Part shown: piece by piece, positions 1 to 13,021 of the stretch
Layout: the number at the start of each line of letters is the position of its first letter
Position numbering within the stretch: the first letter of the stretch is position 1
Assembly (NCBI RefSeq): GCF_006345805.1
Contig: NC_042997.1
Coordinates: 79,856,001 to 79,920,000, forward strand
Direction of reading: 5' to 3'
Length of the DNA stretch: 64,000 nucleotides
Origin: Octopus sinensis
Lineage: Eukaryota
Program-made: the position numbers and the translations under genes
Notes under the pieces: generated by a model
What the model saw: the letters and a program-made list of their open reading frames with translations, nothing else
Databases searched by the model: none
What the model was told of the DNA's origin: nothing

Positions 1-2144
1 TATTTTTAGCAGGTTGAACAAGTTATGTAGAACCTCTCTTGTTCGGTCAAAGAAAAGCAAGAAATCATAAAGCACAAACTCACTGTAAGAAAACATGTTA
101 ACTCGAACTATTCAGTGCATTTTATTCTATTTGTTCAACCATGTGAATAAGTCATTGGTGCAACAGGCTTTTGTAAGGAAGCTACTATTCGTGATGCTTC
201 TATTATTGACAGGCATTCCTATTCTGTTTGACAAATATTGTTAAAAAAAACTTTTAAAAAGAACTCTCTCATTCGCTCTTTTTCTCTTCTCTTTCACCAC
301 CCTCTTTTTTTAATTTACTCAGTTGACACTTTCTTCTATGTCATTCATGAAAATAAACATTTTTTCAAGAAATAAATAGGCATATTTGAACCCATTATGT
401 TACTGCAGTTTTTTTTTAAATGCCATCTCTTTAAAATAAAAGAATTCTAAAGATGCACAGCTACTGCAGCTAGGAAAATAATCTAGAAATGTATAGAACA
501 CACATTGGTATTTTAGAGGAAACATCATGCAGGCTAAAATATGCAGCAGAGTTAAATTAATAATTTTATAGCACAATTCAAACGTGTCTTTTGATGAAAA
601 GCCAGCTTGTTCAAGTTAATAATTTAACAAATTTTGCAAGCTGCTATCTAAATGCCTGTTTAAATGAAACATTCTATTGATTATAAACAGGTCATACTAT
701 TTCATAGACAAGTCAGTAGGCAAGCTGCAAGGGTCAGAGGTTTGGATCATAGCATGAATGGCGGGAAAGATATTTGAATTCAAGAAAAAGGTCACAGAAA
801 AAAAGAAATGCAGCAAGAAAGCCATTGGTAAAACGCTATGTGCGGCTACAAGAACACCTTCATAACTTTGTGTTGTTTGGTGGGAGAAACACAAAACTGT
901 GGCAGAGTTTCTTCATGGAATATTCATCTTAGTTATCAACATTAAAAATTCTGCATATACATGTAATGCCATAATGCTATGTAAGGTATTTTCAATCTGT
1001 ACATGAGATTTTTTGCTTCATTGTCTTATTTTGTTTAAGAAATTGAATAAAAGCTTTTTGCTTCACATATGTGTAATGCCATCATATATAAATTGTGTAC
1101 AAGTCATGTATTGTCAGTTAAAATATTTTTGTTTCATTACTTTAATTGTTTATAGTATTTAAATAAAATGTGACTTTTTTACAGACACCAGATATTTAAC
1201 TCTCAAAAACTGAGTTGTCTTAAGAATTCAGTTCCCAACTGGATGTAGTAACAATACTGTAGAATTAACAAATATTTTAGTGGTTTGTGTTTTATTTATT
1301 TAACTAATTATTTATTAGTTCAGCTTTTCCTGTGTGTAAAGCTACTTGCATCACTCAAGGGAGGAATCTTATTTCTCACCCTTTTAACAGTACAGAACCA
1401 AAGTTCAATATGGCCCCATTAGATCTTTGCTGTTTGGAGCAAATTAGATTTGATTGTTAATGATAATGACTTTTCAACTGAACAGAAATTGGAAGAATGA
1501 AAGCCAAAGTCGATGTGGATGGATTTCAAACTCAAAACATAAGAAATACTTCTGAATACTACAAAGCATTTTGTTCAACACTCTACTGTTTCTGCCAATC
1601 TATAACAGAAGATGACCTTGTGTTATGTAAAATATCAACACACATACTCCAATATCTTGATTTATTTTCATGCCTCATTTCGCTTACATTATATTGAATT
1701 ATATCTCTGTTATTCAATATTGTATTGAAGCCTAACTTCAGTTCATGTTAGCTACAGGAGTATATTAACCAACATTTTTCAAATATTATTCTTACTGGTG
1801 CCAGTGGATATTTTTATATGCATGAGAAACAAATTGGTGTCCAGGGGATATATTACATGGCTGTATGAGTTATTAATCAGGAAGAAACCACCCTTACATT
1901 TTGGGGCAAAACAGGAGTAAAACCTGTGCAAAACAAAATGAAAAATTCAAAAAGAAAAAGCAAAATAATTAAGAAATTCACTGAAGGATAATTGTCGACT
2001 TAATAATTACTTAAAATTCTTAATAAACAGCCTTCTTAAAATCTATCCCACTTAATTTTTCTTCCAAAGAATAGTGGTGTTGGCGTTCAAGTTCTCCAAG
2101 TTTGTCAGATTGATCATGGTTATGGTAAATTGGTAGAACATATA

Positions 2145-2365
2145 TTTATTTGTTTCAGTCATTTGACTGCAGCCATGCTGGGGAACCACATTGAAGGGTT
2201 TTAGTTGAACAGATTGACTGCAGGACTTATTTCTTTAAGCCTAGTACTAATCCTATCAGGTCTCTTTTGTCAAATCACTAAGTTACAGGGATGTAAACAC
2301 ACCAACACCAGTTGTCAAGTGGTGGTTGGGAACAGACACAAAGACACACACACATATATATATGT
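2145..2365 (-). mobile_element. SINE 3' portion (same family as 41142-41645)
   Basis: Reverse complement matches the 3' part of the SINEs at 9180-9400 and 41408-41645 (gacaactggtgttggtgtgtttacatccctgtaacttag...cagcatggctgcagtcaaatgactgaaac). Confidence 0.75.
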
Positions 2366-2451
2366 GTAAGTTGTCTAAGAGTCCCCATGCCAGGAAAAAG
2401 TGCACTTGTATATCTGTTAATCGAGTGGGTATATTATCCAAAGTGTATAGT

Positions 2452-3460
2452 ATTTCAGGGTGGGGAAGTAAAACTTGCAAAATTGCTGTAACATTTGAAA
2501 TTCTCTCACTGTGCAATCAATAGGTTTAGTAATTCAAAAATAGGTTAATAACATTCACATATAATTACAAAATGAATAATTTATTCTATGTGGATTCCAT
2601 TGTTTACAATTACAGCCTCCACACAGCCCCAGAACCCTGCACAATCCTTCACCACAAAGTCACTGGACATCATGGCCCACTCCTCATTGATGGCAGCCTT
2701 CAAAAAGTTGATGTTGGGGCGGGAGGTTTTGTTCGAAATGCTCCACATGGGTTGAAATGCTCCAGAGGGTTGAGATCCAGGCTGGAAGAGGGCCAGAAGT
2801 CTGCAGACCAGAAAGTAGCAAAGTTAGATTTGCAGAAATTCTGTACCTTCTTGGCAGTATGGCTGGGAACACTATCCTGGGTTTACATATAGTTACCCTC
2901 TAAGTAGTTGACCTTAAACCATGGCAAGACATGGTACCTCAGCGTCTTGTAATAGTTGTCTACACCCTCCTTTTCTCTGGGCTTGTAAAAGTACATGGGC
3001 ATTTTTTTTCTGTTAGAGGACACAATACCAAAGGCCATAACCTGGGCTAGATGTTTTGTTCTGAAGATGCCCCTGACATGAGCTGTTGACTACACAATGT
3101 ACCAACCATTTCTGTGGTTCACAATGGCATCTACTGTGAAGATCTTCTCAGCAGTGGACCTGTTCTTCTTGAGGTATGTGAGAACCTTTTTTGCACCTGT
3201 CCAGTTTCCTGGCCTTCATAAGTTCTGTTGGTAGGTGTCTTGATGTCCTGGTGTAGTACATGGTGTCCAAGTCATCATTCACAGCTGTTCAGATGGTCTT
3301 AGGGTCCACTTCAAGCTCAGAGGCCAGCTTCCTCATGGATGTAGTTGGGTCCATTAAAATTTTGGATTTGAAGGTGTTGATGAAGTCTGGATTCTGCTTC
3401 TTGTTGGCTCCACTGCTGCCAGACTTCCTCTGGATGCTATTGCCCATTATAAAGTGTGCA
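2452..3460 (-). mobile_element. Tc1/mariner DD37D (maT-type) transposase remnant
   Basis: Minus strand gives an HTH-like segment PTTSMRKLASELEVDPKTI and catalytic region QDSVPSHTAK...FWPSSSLDLNPL, with 37 residues between the 2nd Asp and the 3rd acidic position; frameshifted. Its 5' end is interrupted by the PLE fragment. Confidence 0.8.
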
Positions 3461-3474
3461 TAAGGATACAACTA

Positions 3475-4085
3475 TACAGTTCTATATTTAAGAGATGAGG
3501 AATTATGTACATTATTTACATTTGATATACCCTCCAATCTTCATCAGATGTCTTGGGGAAATTTCGAACCTGGATTCTCATTCCTAAGATATTTTTCGAT
3601 GTTATTATTATTATTATTCAGGTCACTGCCTGGAATCGAACATAGAATCTTGGTGTTAGTAGCCAGTGCTCTTAACAACTATGCTATATCAGTGAATTTT
3701 AGGGCTTATAAATCTAATATTTTCCTATCCTTCCTTAATACCGGTTCCCATATGCTACTCATATCTGCACTGGGTCTGCTTAGGAGGTTGTTGTGTCCTA
3801 GCATATGTGCTGCTTCTTTTAGTTTTTGTATTTTCCAGTGGTGTTCTCTGTCTTTTATTTTAACTTCATCCCACAGGGGGAGGTGGTCTCCATTTTTCCA
3901 TACATGATCAGCTATACCTGATTTATCAATATCTCTTCGTGTCACAGCTTTGCGATGTTCATCTACCCTTATTTTGAGGGGGCGGCATGTTTCGCCTTTG
4001 TATAACCTACGACAGCTGCATGGGCTGGAGTACATGCAGTTTTTAGTCATATTCTCTTCTATTGGTGGTTTTACTTGAAGGAGAT
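3475..4085 (-). mobile_element. 5'-truncated Penelope-like element (Penelope/Poseidon-type GIY-YIG plus 3' UTR)
   Basis: ORF 3706-4050: CMYSSPCSCRRLYKGETCRPLKIRVDEH...SGIADH...KLKEA, a GIY-YIG with the CCHH pattern. The 3' UTR has a tRNA-like segment and a half hammerhead (CTGATGA at 3541-3547, minus). Confidence 0.85.
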
Positions 4086-4419
4086 ATTTGCAATCTTTCT
4101 TTTTTATCTTTAATGTAATGATGTTTTATTGATTTCCAGGGATGAAAAACCAAACTTGGTCACTCTTTAGTAAAGTTGATCAACACTATACTGGTCACTT
4201 TACTCTAGTGCATGTTCTGTTCTTGTTCAAATTGTATATGCTAAACACGTGCTAACAGCTTAACCAATGCATCAAATATGCAAGATGTAACAAGCAAAAA
4301 GACAGGCTACAAAGTAAAACACCTTAGGATTGTTCATAGCAGTTAGATTTTGATTTCTGTATCAGTTCCAAAAAAATTGTAGCAAATATAGAATGCTTTA
4401 TCTAAAAAAAAAGTGCCAA

Positions 4420-5400
4420 ATTTTTAGATAAAGACAAAGGTGACGATAATAATAAAAATTAAGCATAACTCACACAACTTCCAAAATTATCACCAGTGAT
4501 GATCAGGATATCACAAAAAATGTCTTGAGTCTCTACAGACACAGGCTCTAAATCAACCAATTTTGCCACAATATAAATTAAAGAAATTTGTGGAGGAGTC
4601 TAATTTGAGAGATTCCAATGGTGAATAGTTTAAACTTTATCCTTGACATTGATAAATGTCAAGCTTCATGCTGTAAAATATTTGTGCATAAAAAAACTTT
4701 TACTTTTCAAAGCTGGAAGGGCAAATTGACTGATAAAGCATGCAAAAAGTGCTTGTCATCATTTGGTGAAGTGGATTGGATAGACCATCAAGAGAATTCA
4801 GAACACAATACATCAGTACTAGGTCAAGTAAATACTATATACAAACAACAAGTAGTGTGAAACTGGGAGTACTTGGAAACTGTTGTTGAAACTCTTGTTT
4901 ACTGCCCAACAAATTGTAGTTCAATGAGGTCATACAGAGGACAGCAGTGACTGTAGTAATATTTTTAGAACTGCTACTTCTTCAGTTGAATGAATTCTTG
5001 GCTAAGAGAAAAACCAAAAGCTCAGTGAGATGCATATACGCAGTAGACACCATCTATTGTCCAAAACTAAAATTTTTAATATGAGTACAATATAGAAAAT
5101 GACGTGCAAAAGTGTTCTGGCTATTCCATTATCATTGAGGAGGCACCAGACATCTGCAGGGTTGAGCAAATTGTGACATGCCTCATCTTTCACCAAGAGT
5201 GAAAACAGGTTTCATTGGATTTTTTTTTTTTTTTTCAATGCATTTTACTGAAGAAAGGTATTCTCTAGAAGGTGGTCACAAATGAACAAGAAACCGGGGC
5301 TGAAAATTGATGTTATGGTGCAGCAAATATGAACAATTCAGCAACAAGAATAAAAAAGTCTACTCTACTTGTTATCTATGTCCATTACAATGTGTGTCTT
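4420..5400 (+). mobile_element. hAT transposase remnant (ZMYM1/DUF4371-like)
   Basis: About 5122-5180 translates to YSIIIEEAPDICRVEQIVTC, matching the hAT catalytic motif FSIxxDExxDxSxxEQ; heavily decayed. Confidence 0.55.
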
Positions 5401-6099
5401 CTGGGGTGGTGAATTGGCAGATTCATTGAATGCCAGATAGAAAGTCTTCCGACTCTCTATGCTGTGCACACGCATGCACACACATACAAACATACACTAA
5501 TCCTTGACGGTATGGGAGGTTATGTGTGCATGCGTGCACACACACACACATGCACATCCTTTGGAAACAGAGTAACTCAAAACAGACCAGCTATATATAA
5601 CATGTAAATATTGAACTAAAAGAAAAAGCCTTGAATAGTTGAAGGCTGTCTGTGGAACAAGAATCCTTCAAATTTCTCTCTCCATTTTAAAATCTTTATT
5701 CTTTTTAGTGAGAATTATACATTATCAATATCATAACAATTTGTCAATTTTGAGAGAACATAAAATTATTTTTGCTTTGAAATGGTGAAACTCGAAGCAG
5801 ATAAAGCTATAAATAACAGCATGTAAATGTTGGGCTAAACAAAAATTTGGATAGAAAAAAGTCAAAGGCTGCTTGTTGGTCATGAATCTACAGCTGTAAA
5901 CATGATAGACATTCTACCACTGAACCAAAGCAATCGACCATCTCTATTTAAAGGAATTTTTTCCACTCAATATTAACGCACTATTATTTATAATTTCATC
6001 TGTTTTAAGTTTCACTGTGCCAAAAGAAGAATTAATTTATGTTCTTTTGAAGCTTAGAAATATCTATGATATCAATATTATATGACATCAACATTATGC

Positions 6100-6158
<59 letters not shown>

Positions 6159-6169
6159 AGTATATGTGT

Positions 6170-6360
6170 AAAGACAGCTGTATGCAGAAGTGTCTGTCAC
6201 TGAAAGTGGATGGTACTTGTGGAAGAGGGAGACCCAGGAAGACATGGGATGAAGTAGTGAGGATCAATCTCAGGATGTTAGGGCTCACAGAGGAAATGAC
6301 GATGGACTGAGATGTCTGGCAATATGAGGTTGTAGAGAAGACCCACCCACGTCAGTGAAG
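6170..6360 (+). mobile_element. RTE-clade LINE 3' end fragment
   Basis: CLSLKVDGTCGRGRPRKTWDEVVR..LGLTEEMTMD is the typical RTE C-terminal GRPxxxW motif. Confidence 0.75.
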
Positions 6361-7230
6361 CTGAGTACTAGAAGCTTTGTGTCCCACCCACATGTAATAA
6401 TAAACTTTTCACACACGCTACACCAAGAAACCAAACTACATTGCCTCTTCTAAACTGCATCTTCTTTACATTTCCTCTTCATACACTATGATTGCCTCCT
6501 ACTCCCCTTCCCTGCTGACTGTATTGCTGCTTTCCCCCACCCCATCTTAAGACCCAAGTTTTCACCAGTCACTGCAATCCCCACTCCCTACTCACACCCT
6601 GGCAATACCTGGCCATGTATATTATGACCTCCATACCTTGAGCATGCCCTGGCAATTGCCACTATTTATCTCACTTTCTTACTCTACCATCCCATTATGC
6701 TCTGATCCTTGTTACTTGTGAGTATACCCTCGCACTTCACCACCATCTCTCTCCTGCTCTCTCTTGCACTTTTGTTGTTTCCCACTCTCTCTATCTCTCT
6801 TTCCCTTGCTCTTCCCACTGGCTGGGTACCCATGTATCTCCTCTACAGCAGCACAGCTGTTTCTGCCCTCATTTTTGATCACTTTCTTTCCCTCCTTCTC
6901 TTGCTTTTTCCTCTGGCTAAGTAACTAAGCACTCCTTTACATCAGCATACCTGTTTTTGTCCTCTTTCTTGTACCTCTCTATCTGCCTCCTCTCTCTACA
7001 TCTCACTCTCTTTTCTCTTTCTATCTCTCTGGCCAGGTAACCATGCACCTCCTCTACAGCAAGATAATTGTTTCTATCTCTCTGTCACACTCTAAGCTTT
7101 CATCATCTTTCACAAGATTCCCTCCTCAAGATTCCCTCTCTCAAAATTCCTTGTCTTGCAAGTTACTTTGTAACCCAGCCAATGTTGGTGCCACATAAAA
7201 AGCACCCAGTTCACACTGTAAAGATGATGA

Positions 7231-7274
<44 letters not shown>

Positions 7275-7275
<1 letters not shown>

Positions 7276-8415
7276 TAGCAAAGGTACCCGGCATTACCCA
7301 GGAATAAAATTATTCCTTATATATTGGAGGAAAAAAGCAAAATATATTGTATAGAAATTTGTTATTCTAAATTCAATTTATTTTTCAATTGGGAAATCAA
7401 TTCTGAATTCATAATACAAAAAAATTAATAATAATAATAAAAAACAAAAATCCAAAATTTACCACTTTTCTGAAGGGAGATAAATTCTATCATATATCCT
7501 TAAAATCCTTAAAAATGTTTTAGCTCGAAGGCCGCGGCCATATATGTTGAAGGAAATTACGTAAGAGCTTCCGGGTAAACAACATTCTTTGTTTTCTGGT
7601 TTGGAGCATTCACAAATAAGTTTTGCAAACTACCAACCTTGGAGCAATCAACATAAGGTTGACCATGAAAATAACAAGGCTCAACTAAGTGCAACCCAGT
7701 AGGTTTCAAAGTCTGACCTTGAGTTTTATAAATAGACATTGCGAAGCAAAGTTGCACTGGGAAATGTGTTCATTTGAACTCAAATGGCATGTCTGTTGGT
7801 TTGATTGGAATTCTTGGAATGAAAACATCTCCCTCAAGGCACATCCAGTGATGGTGGTAGCTTCTATCACATTAGGTGTTAATGTCGTCACAATCAACCT
7901 TGTTCCACTGCATAATATAGGAGGATCTAAATTTCTTAGAAGCATTATTAGGACTCCTACCTTCAGAAAAAGTTTATGTGGAGGAGTTCCAGGTGGCTCA
8001 AGGGAATTAAGGAACTCTGATTTTCATCAAGGACTGAATCAACTGATTTGCACTTCTTAATGGCTGTTGGAATCTTATTCATTAATTCATGGTTAATCCT
8101 TGCTACTGTCTCATCTTTTGGAGCAAGAATTGCCCTTTCACACAACCATTTATGCGAATTAAAATTATTACTTAAGTCTGGCAATACCCTGTTCTTCAAT
8201 TCAGCTGGGTAATTCACCACAATAGCAATATGAGCAAAACTGATATCACCATTCCCATCAAATGGTAGTTTCCCATTTCCTAATTGGAGGAGCCAGGTTG
8301 AAAACTGCTCTGCACATCAGTCCCCCATGTAATAAAGCTTGCATGTTAGTATTGAAGGAGAATTTCTGTACTTTATTCCACAGGTGTGAAGACTTAATGC
8401 ATGCTTTTATTTCCC
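7275..8415 (-). mobile_element. Helitron 3' part with decayed PIF1-like helicase
   Basis: Minus-strand fragments [33 protein letters not shown] and [13 protein letters not shown]...FHGQPYVDCSKV...TKNVVYPEAL. The 3' terminus ...cctgggtaatgccgggtacctttgCTAG|T (hairpin + CTAG) is at 7275. Confidence 0.9.
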
Positions 8416-9024
8416 TTGCCTCTTGTGACTCATTGGCCCTACATACAACAGCTCTCTTTCGGTCATTGTGCAGGGGTCTCCTGTGACCTTATTCTGGCTA
8501 CCTGTACTCATCTTTGCTTCACTGTAGAATACCGATTATCTATATCTCCCCTGTCTCCTCTTGTAGAGAGTGAGAACATTTTTCTAAGAAACTTTTTCGT
8601 AAATGAAAATGGGGATTAAATGAAAAGACTGAGTGAAAGTTACATGAATATCTTCACATGAGTGGTTGAAATAAATGGCAATAGTGGAACGCTGCATGCA
8701 CACACACACACACATACGTATGGTATCAAACATCAGTGTCTCTTTCTCACCTGCTTTTCCCCTCTCTTTGTGCCACCTTTTTTCTTTCACCTTCACCTAT
8801 AAAACATACATACAGTATCAAACATCAGCATCTCTCTATCTCCTGTTATCCTTCTCTTGTTCAACTTCTCTTATAGAAATTTGTTTTCTCTTTGTTTCTT
8901 TCTCTCTTCTCTGTATTTTTCTCATTCTGTGTTTCTCTCACTCACATATTTTCTCTCACCCTCTATAATAGTTACTCTCTTCTAGTCTATGTCTGTTTCT
9001 TTCACTCTCTCTCTCTCTCTCCTT

Positions 9025-9400
9025 CTAAGAACTTGCTTCCCAACCACATGGTTCCAGATTCTGTCTCACTGAATGGCACCTTGGGCAAGTGTCTTCATCT
9101 ATAGCCTCAAGCTGATCAAAGCCTTGTGGGTGGAAACTGAAATAAGCTCGTCATATATATGTATATATTATATATATATATCTAAGTGTGTGTGTCTGTG
9201 TGTTTACCCTCCCCACTGCCCACTTCACAATCAGTGTTGGTGTGTTTATGTCCCTGTTACTTAGCAATTCAGCAAAAGAGACCAATAGAATAAGTACCAG
9301 ACTTTAAAAAATAAGTACTGTGGTCGATACATTTGACTAAAAATTCTTCAAAGCAGTGGCCCAACATGTCCATAATCTAATGACAGAAACCAGTAAAAGA
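9025..9400 (+). mobile_element. tRNA-derived CORE-type SINE
   Basis: Contains ttgcttcccaaccacatggttc...caccttgggcaagtgtcttc, an internal (TA)/(TG) tract and a 3' part shared with 41142-41645. Confidence 0.75.
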
Positions 9401-10952
9401 TATATATGTATGTGGGTGTGTATGAGAAAATATTAATAAAAAGCAGAAATTATGCTTTTTCTGTTACATAGCAGTTAATTAATTCAATCAAACCATTTCA
9501 AAATGCAATAATATATGCTGAAAAAGAGATTATCACTATTAAATTATTTTAAAATACATTATTACATATTCCAAAATACCATATTGTATACGAAATACAT
9601 TACTACAATTAAATCATTTTAAGATTACATATTCCAAAGTACATTTTCACATTCAAATCATTTCAAAATACATCATTAAACACGCCAATGAATATAATTA
9701 CAAAAATACATAAATATTCCAAAGCACATAATTACAAACTAGTTTCACTTCTTATAGATGATTTGCATTGCAATATACATATGTAGTGGCTTGCTGGTAC
9801 CCTTCATTTAATATATAGTGTGTCTGCTGCAAGTAGTCTTGTTATAGACTCTCTGGGTAAGAGAAGTAATATTATATACATTTGTAGATCTAAGTTAAGT
9901 GGTGGTGTGAAATTTTATACTTTTAACTATTCAGAAATATGTGGGGAAATATATTTTATAATTATTGATAAATGAACTGAAAATAAGTATCAGTAATTGG
10001 TTAACAACTTAAACAATAAAAAGTTGCGCGTTTTCTTCTTTTTATTATTTTTCTATATCTTCTGGATCGCGTAGGATATTTTAAACATATCATTAGTTCC
10101 TGTCAAGCCATCTAAATCATGTCAGCATGGAAAACAGACATTAAATGTTGTTGCTGTTGTTGATGATGATGATGATGACAACGACGATGATGATGGTGAG
10201 TGAGTGAGTGTGTGTGTGTGTGTGTGTGTAATTTGGTGTTATCTCTGCCATCCAGATTTCCTAGTCGTTTAACAATAAACTAAACTAGCTGTTAGTACCT
10301 ATACACAGTGATTTGGAGACAGTCCTTTAAGAATTACACATCATGGCCATTAAGACAATATACAGCACTGATGCTGAGATGTGAGCCTTCAATTCAGTAG
10401 TCTGACAGTCCAAAGATACAACTAACAGCAATGGAATTTGCAGATATGAAAATGTATTTAGTAAAATTGTTAACGTATTTCAATTATATAGTGCAGTTAG
10501 AGGAAAGATATAATCAATGAAATACAATATTACAATATTCAACACAATAGATCATGAGAACCATTTAAAAGATGATTGTAAAAGGGAAAGTATCTCACAC
10601 CGCGTATATTTAATGGAAAAAGGGAGGGTTTCTTTTTTTATGGAAGATTCACTGAAATACAAGAGGGTAACAACAACAACAGTGGCAACAACAAGTTGAT
10701 AAATAAAATGCATACACAATTTAAGAGCAAAAATGTTTGTTTGAAAAATATTAATAGAAAGGTGAATATGACCAAATCAATAATTGAGATTATAAATTAA
10801 AATGGCAAAGAGTAATCTTATTTCTTGGAATATCGAAATACTAAGAATACTTATTAAACACCTCATATTCAGTTTGTGGCAAATGATTTAGGCATCGAAC
10901 AATTTATCACAAATTATTACAAGACTATCTACATTCCATATATGTGTGTGTG

Positions 10953-11286
10953 TAGGCATACCTCAGCTTACGTCAGCAATTGGTTCCAAAACATGCGACT
11001 TAATTTCAAAAACAATGTAACATGAAATAACATTTATAAAATTTATTAGCTTATATGTTTTAATAAACAGTTTGTATATATTTTCACATGTATTTCAATT
11101 GATTTTCCATTTCAAGTAATGGTTTTAGATGATTTGTTCTTTTTTAATTTTTATATTTTTAAATATGTTCGGTGGGACTGATGTAAAATTGATTGAATTT
11201 GAAGTTTATTTTTTACATTAATTTCTTTAAAAAAAACGTAGTCAAAAATGATGTAACCTGAAGCAGCAGAAGTTGAGGTATGCCTT
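10953..11286. mobile_element. Tigger/pogo-like MITE
   Basis: Terminal inverted repeats aggcatacctcagctt / aagttgaggtatgcct, resembling Tigger-type CAGGCATACCTC ends; AT-rich interior. Confidence 0.7.
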
Positions 11287-12063
11287 TATGTGCATGTGTG
11301 TGTGTATAACATGAAGAATTCTGATAGGAATGATTGTGTATGCAACAAATACATTCTCACAATATTGAACAACTCTTAGGTAATCCACAAGTTACTCATA
11401 CCAATATTGGAGCCACTTCATGGTAGCTCTATCTGCTATAAGTATCAGGCACACCATTTTCAAATTACACCATTTTGTCTTAAAAAATAAAGAATGGCAC
11501 ATTTGATATATGATGTCTGCAATAACAATAATAATCCTTTCTAATTTAGACACCATAATAATAATGATTTCAATTTTTGACACAAGGCCAGCAATTTTGG
11601 GGGAGAGGATAAGTCAATTACATTTCCCACAGCCAGGGCCAGCTTTAGAAGGTGCAGGGCCCGATTGGGAGCAATTTTGGTGGGCCTCAGGTTTCCAGTG
11701 AACTTGCACCAAGGTCTATAGAATCATAAGAATCCAGCCATTGAAACTATGCTACCATGCAGTGCCACATAAAAGCACTCAGTCCACGCTGTAAAGTGGT
11801 GGTGTTAGGAAGGACATCCAGCCGTTAAAATCATGCTCCCATGCTGTTCCACATAAAAATACTCAGTCCACACAGTAAAGTGATAACGTTAGGAAGAGCA
11901 TCCAGCCACAAAAAAACACGCCAAACCAGGCGGGTGCCAGATGTAGCTCCTAGTTTGTTGGCCCCTGTCAAACCGTCCAACCCATGCCAGCATGGAAAAT
12001 GGATGTTAAATAATGATGATGATGATGATATGCATATATATACATACACATATTATGTGTATA

Positions 12064-12822
12064 GGATCTTTTCCTTTTGAACGGCACTTTGTAACATAAT
12101 CTCTAGGTAACTAAATAGTTTTAAACTTCATATACTGGTAGAATGTATTTATAAAACGTCATTTTCTCTTGGCTTTATTGAGAAAATTCTATAGTTTGTA
12201 AGATATTTCGTCTGAAATTTCGAGCATTTCGGTAATTTTAACCAATCGATTACCTCCATTTAGGTAAATAACATTCTGTGCATAATGAATATGTACCTCG
12301 TTTAAGAAACCCCTAACCCTAACTAACCCTAAATCTAAAATAGATTGAAATGCAATAGATCGATACTAGGGCCAGAATTATGGGTGACATTTTCATTTGA
12401 CACCACTAGAAAAAAATCCCATTTTCCGTAGCGGTGTCGTATGAAATTGTCACCCATAATTATAACCCCAGTATCGATCTATTGCATTTCAATCTATTTT
12501 AGATTTAGGGTGAGTTAGGGTTAGAGTTAGGGGAAGGGTATCTTTTTTCTTCACAAATGTAAATAAACCCAATCTGTTTCTTAAACGAGGGACATATTCA
12601 TACAGCACGGAATGTTGTTTACGTCAATGGAGGTAATCGATTGGTTAAAATTGCCGAAATGCTCGAAATTTCAGACGAAATATCTTACAAACTATAGAAT
12701 TTTCTCAATAAAGCCAAGAGAAAATGATGTTTTATAAACACATTCTACCAGTATACGAAGTTTAAAACTTTTTAGTTACCTAGAAATTATGTTACAAGGT
12801 GCCGTTCAAAAGGAAAAGATCC
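12064..12822. mobile_element. Foldback MITE, Merlin-like (GG...CC ends, 8-bp TSD TGTGTATA)
   Basis: Ends are ggatcttttccttttgaacggcac / gtgccgttcaaaaggaaaagatcc, with about 350-bp imperfect inverted arms. The identical 8-mer tgtgtata lies at 12056-12063 and 12823-12830. Confidence 0.85.
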
Positions 12823-13021
12823 TGTGTATATATATATATTTGGTTTGCAAGATTCTTTATGTGAGTTTGTGTGTTGAAGCATATTCTGTTGTGTCTGGGG
12901 AGAGTAATTTTCTTTTTGTGTCTTATAATTTAACACACTCACCAGTAAAATTTCCACTTATTTCACTCCTTGAGTAGCCGAAGCACCAGTTTGACAGGAA
13001 TATCTATCCTAAGATGTGTAA

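Noticed and set aside
690-945. Cys/Lys-rich frames after an AG acceptor (exon or piggyBac C-terminus)
   Set aside because: All frames contain stops and no diagnostic motif could be confirmed.
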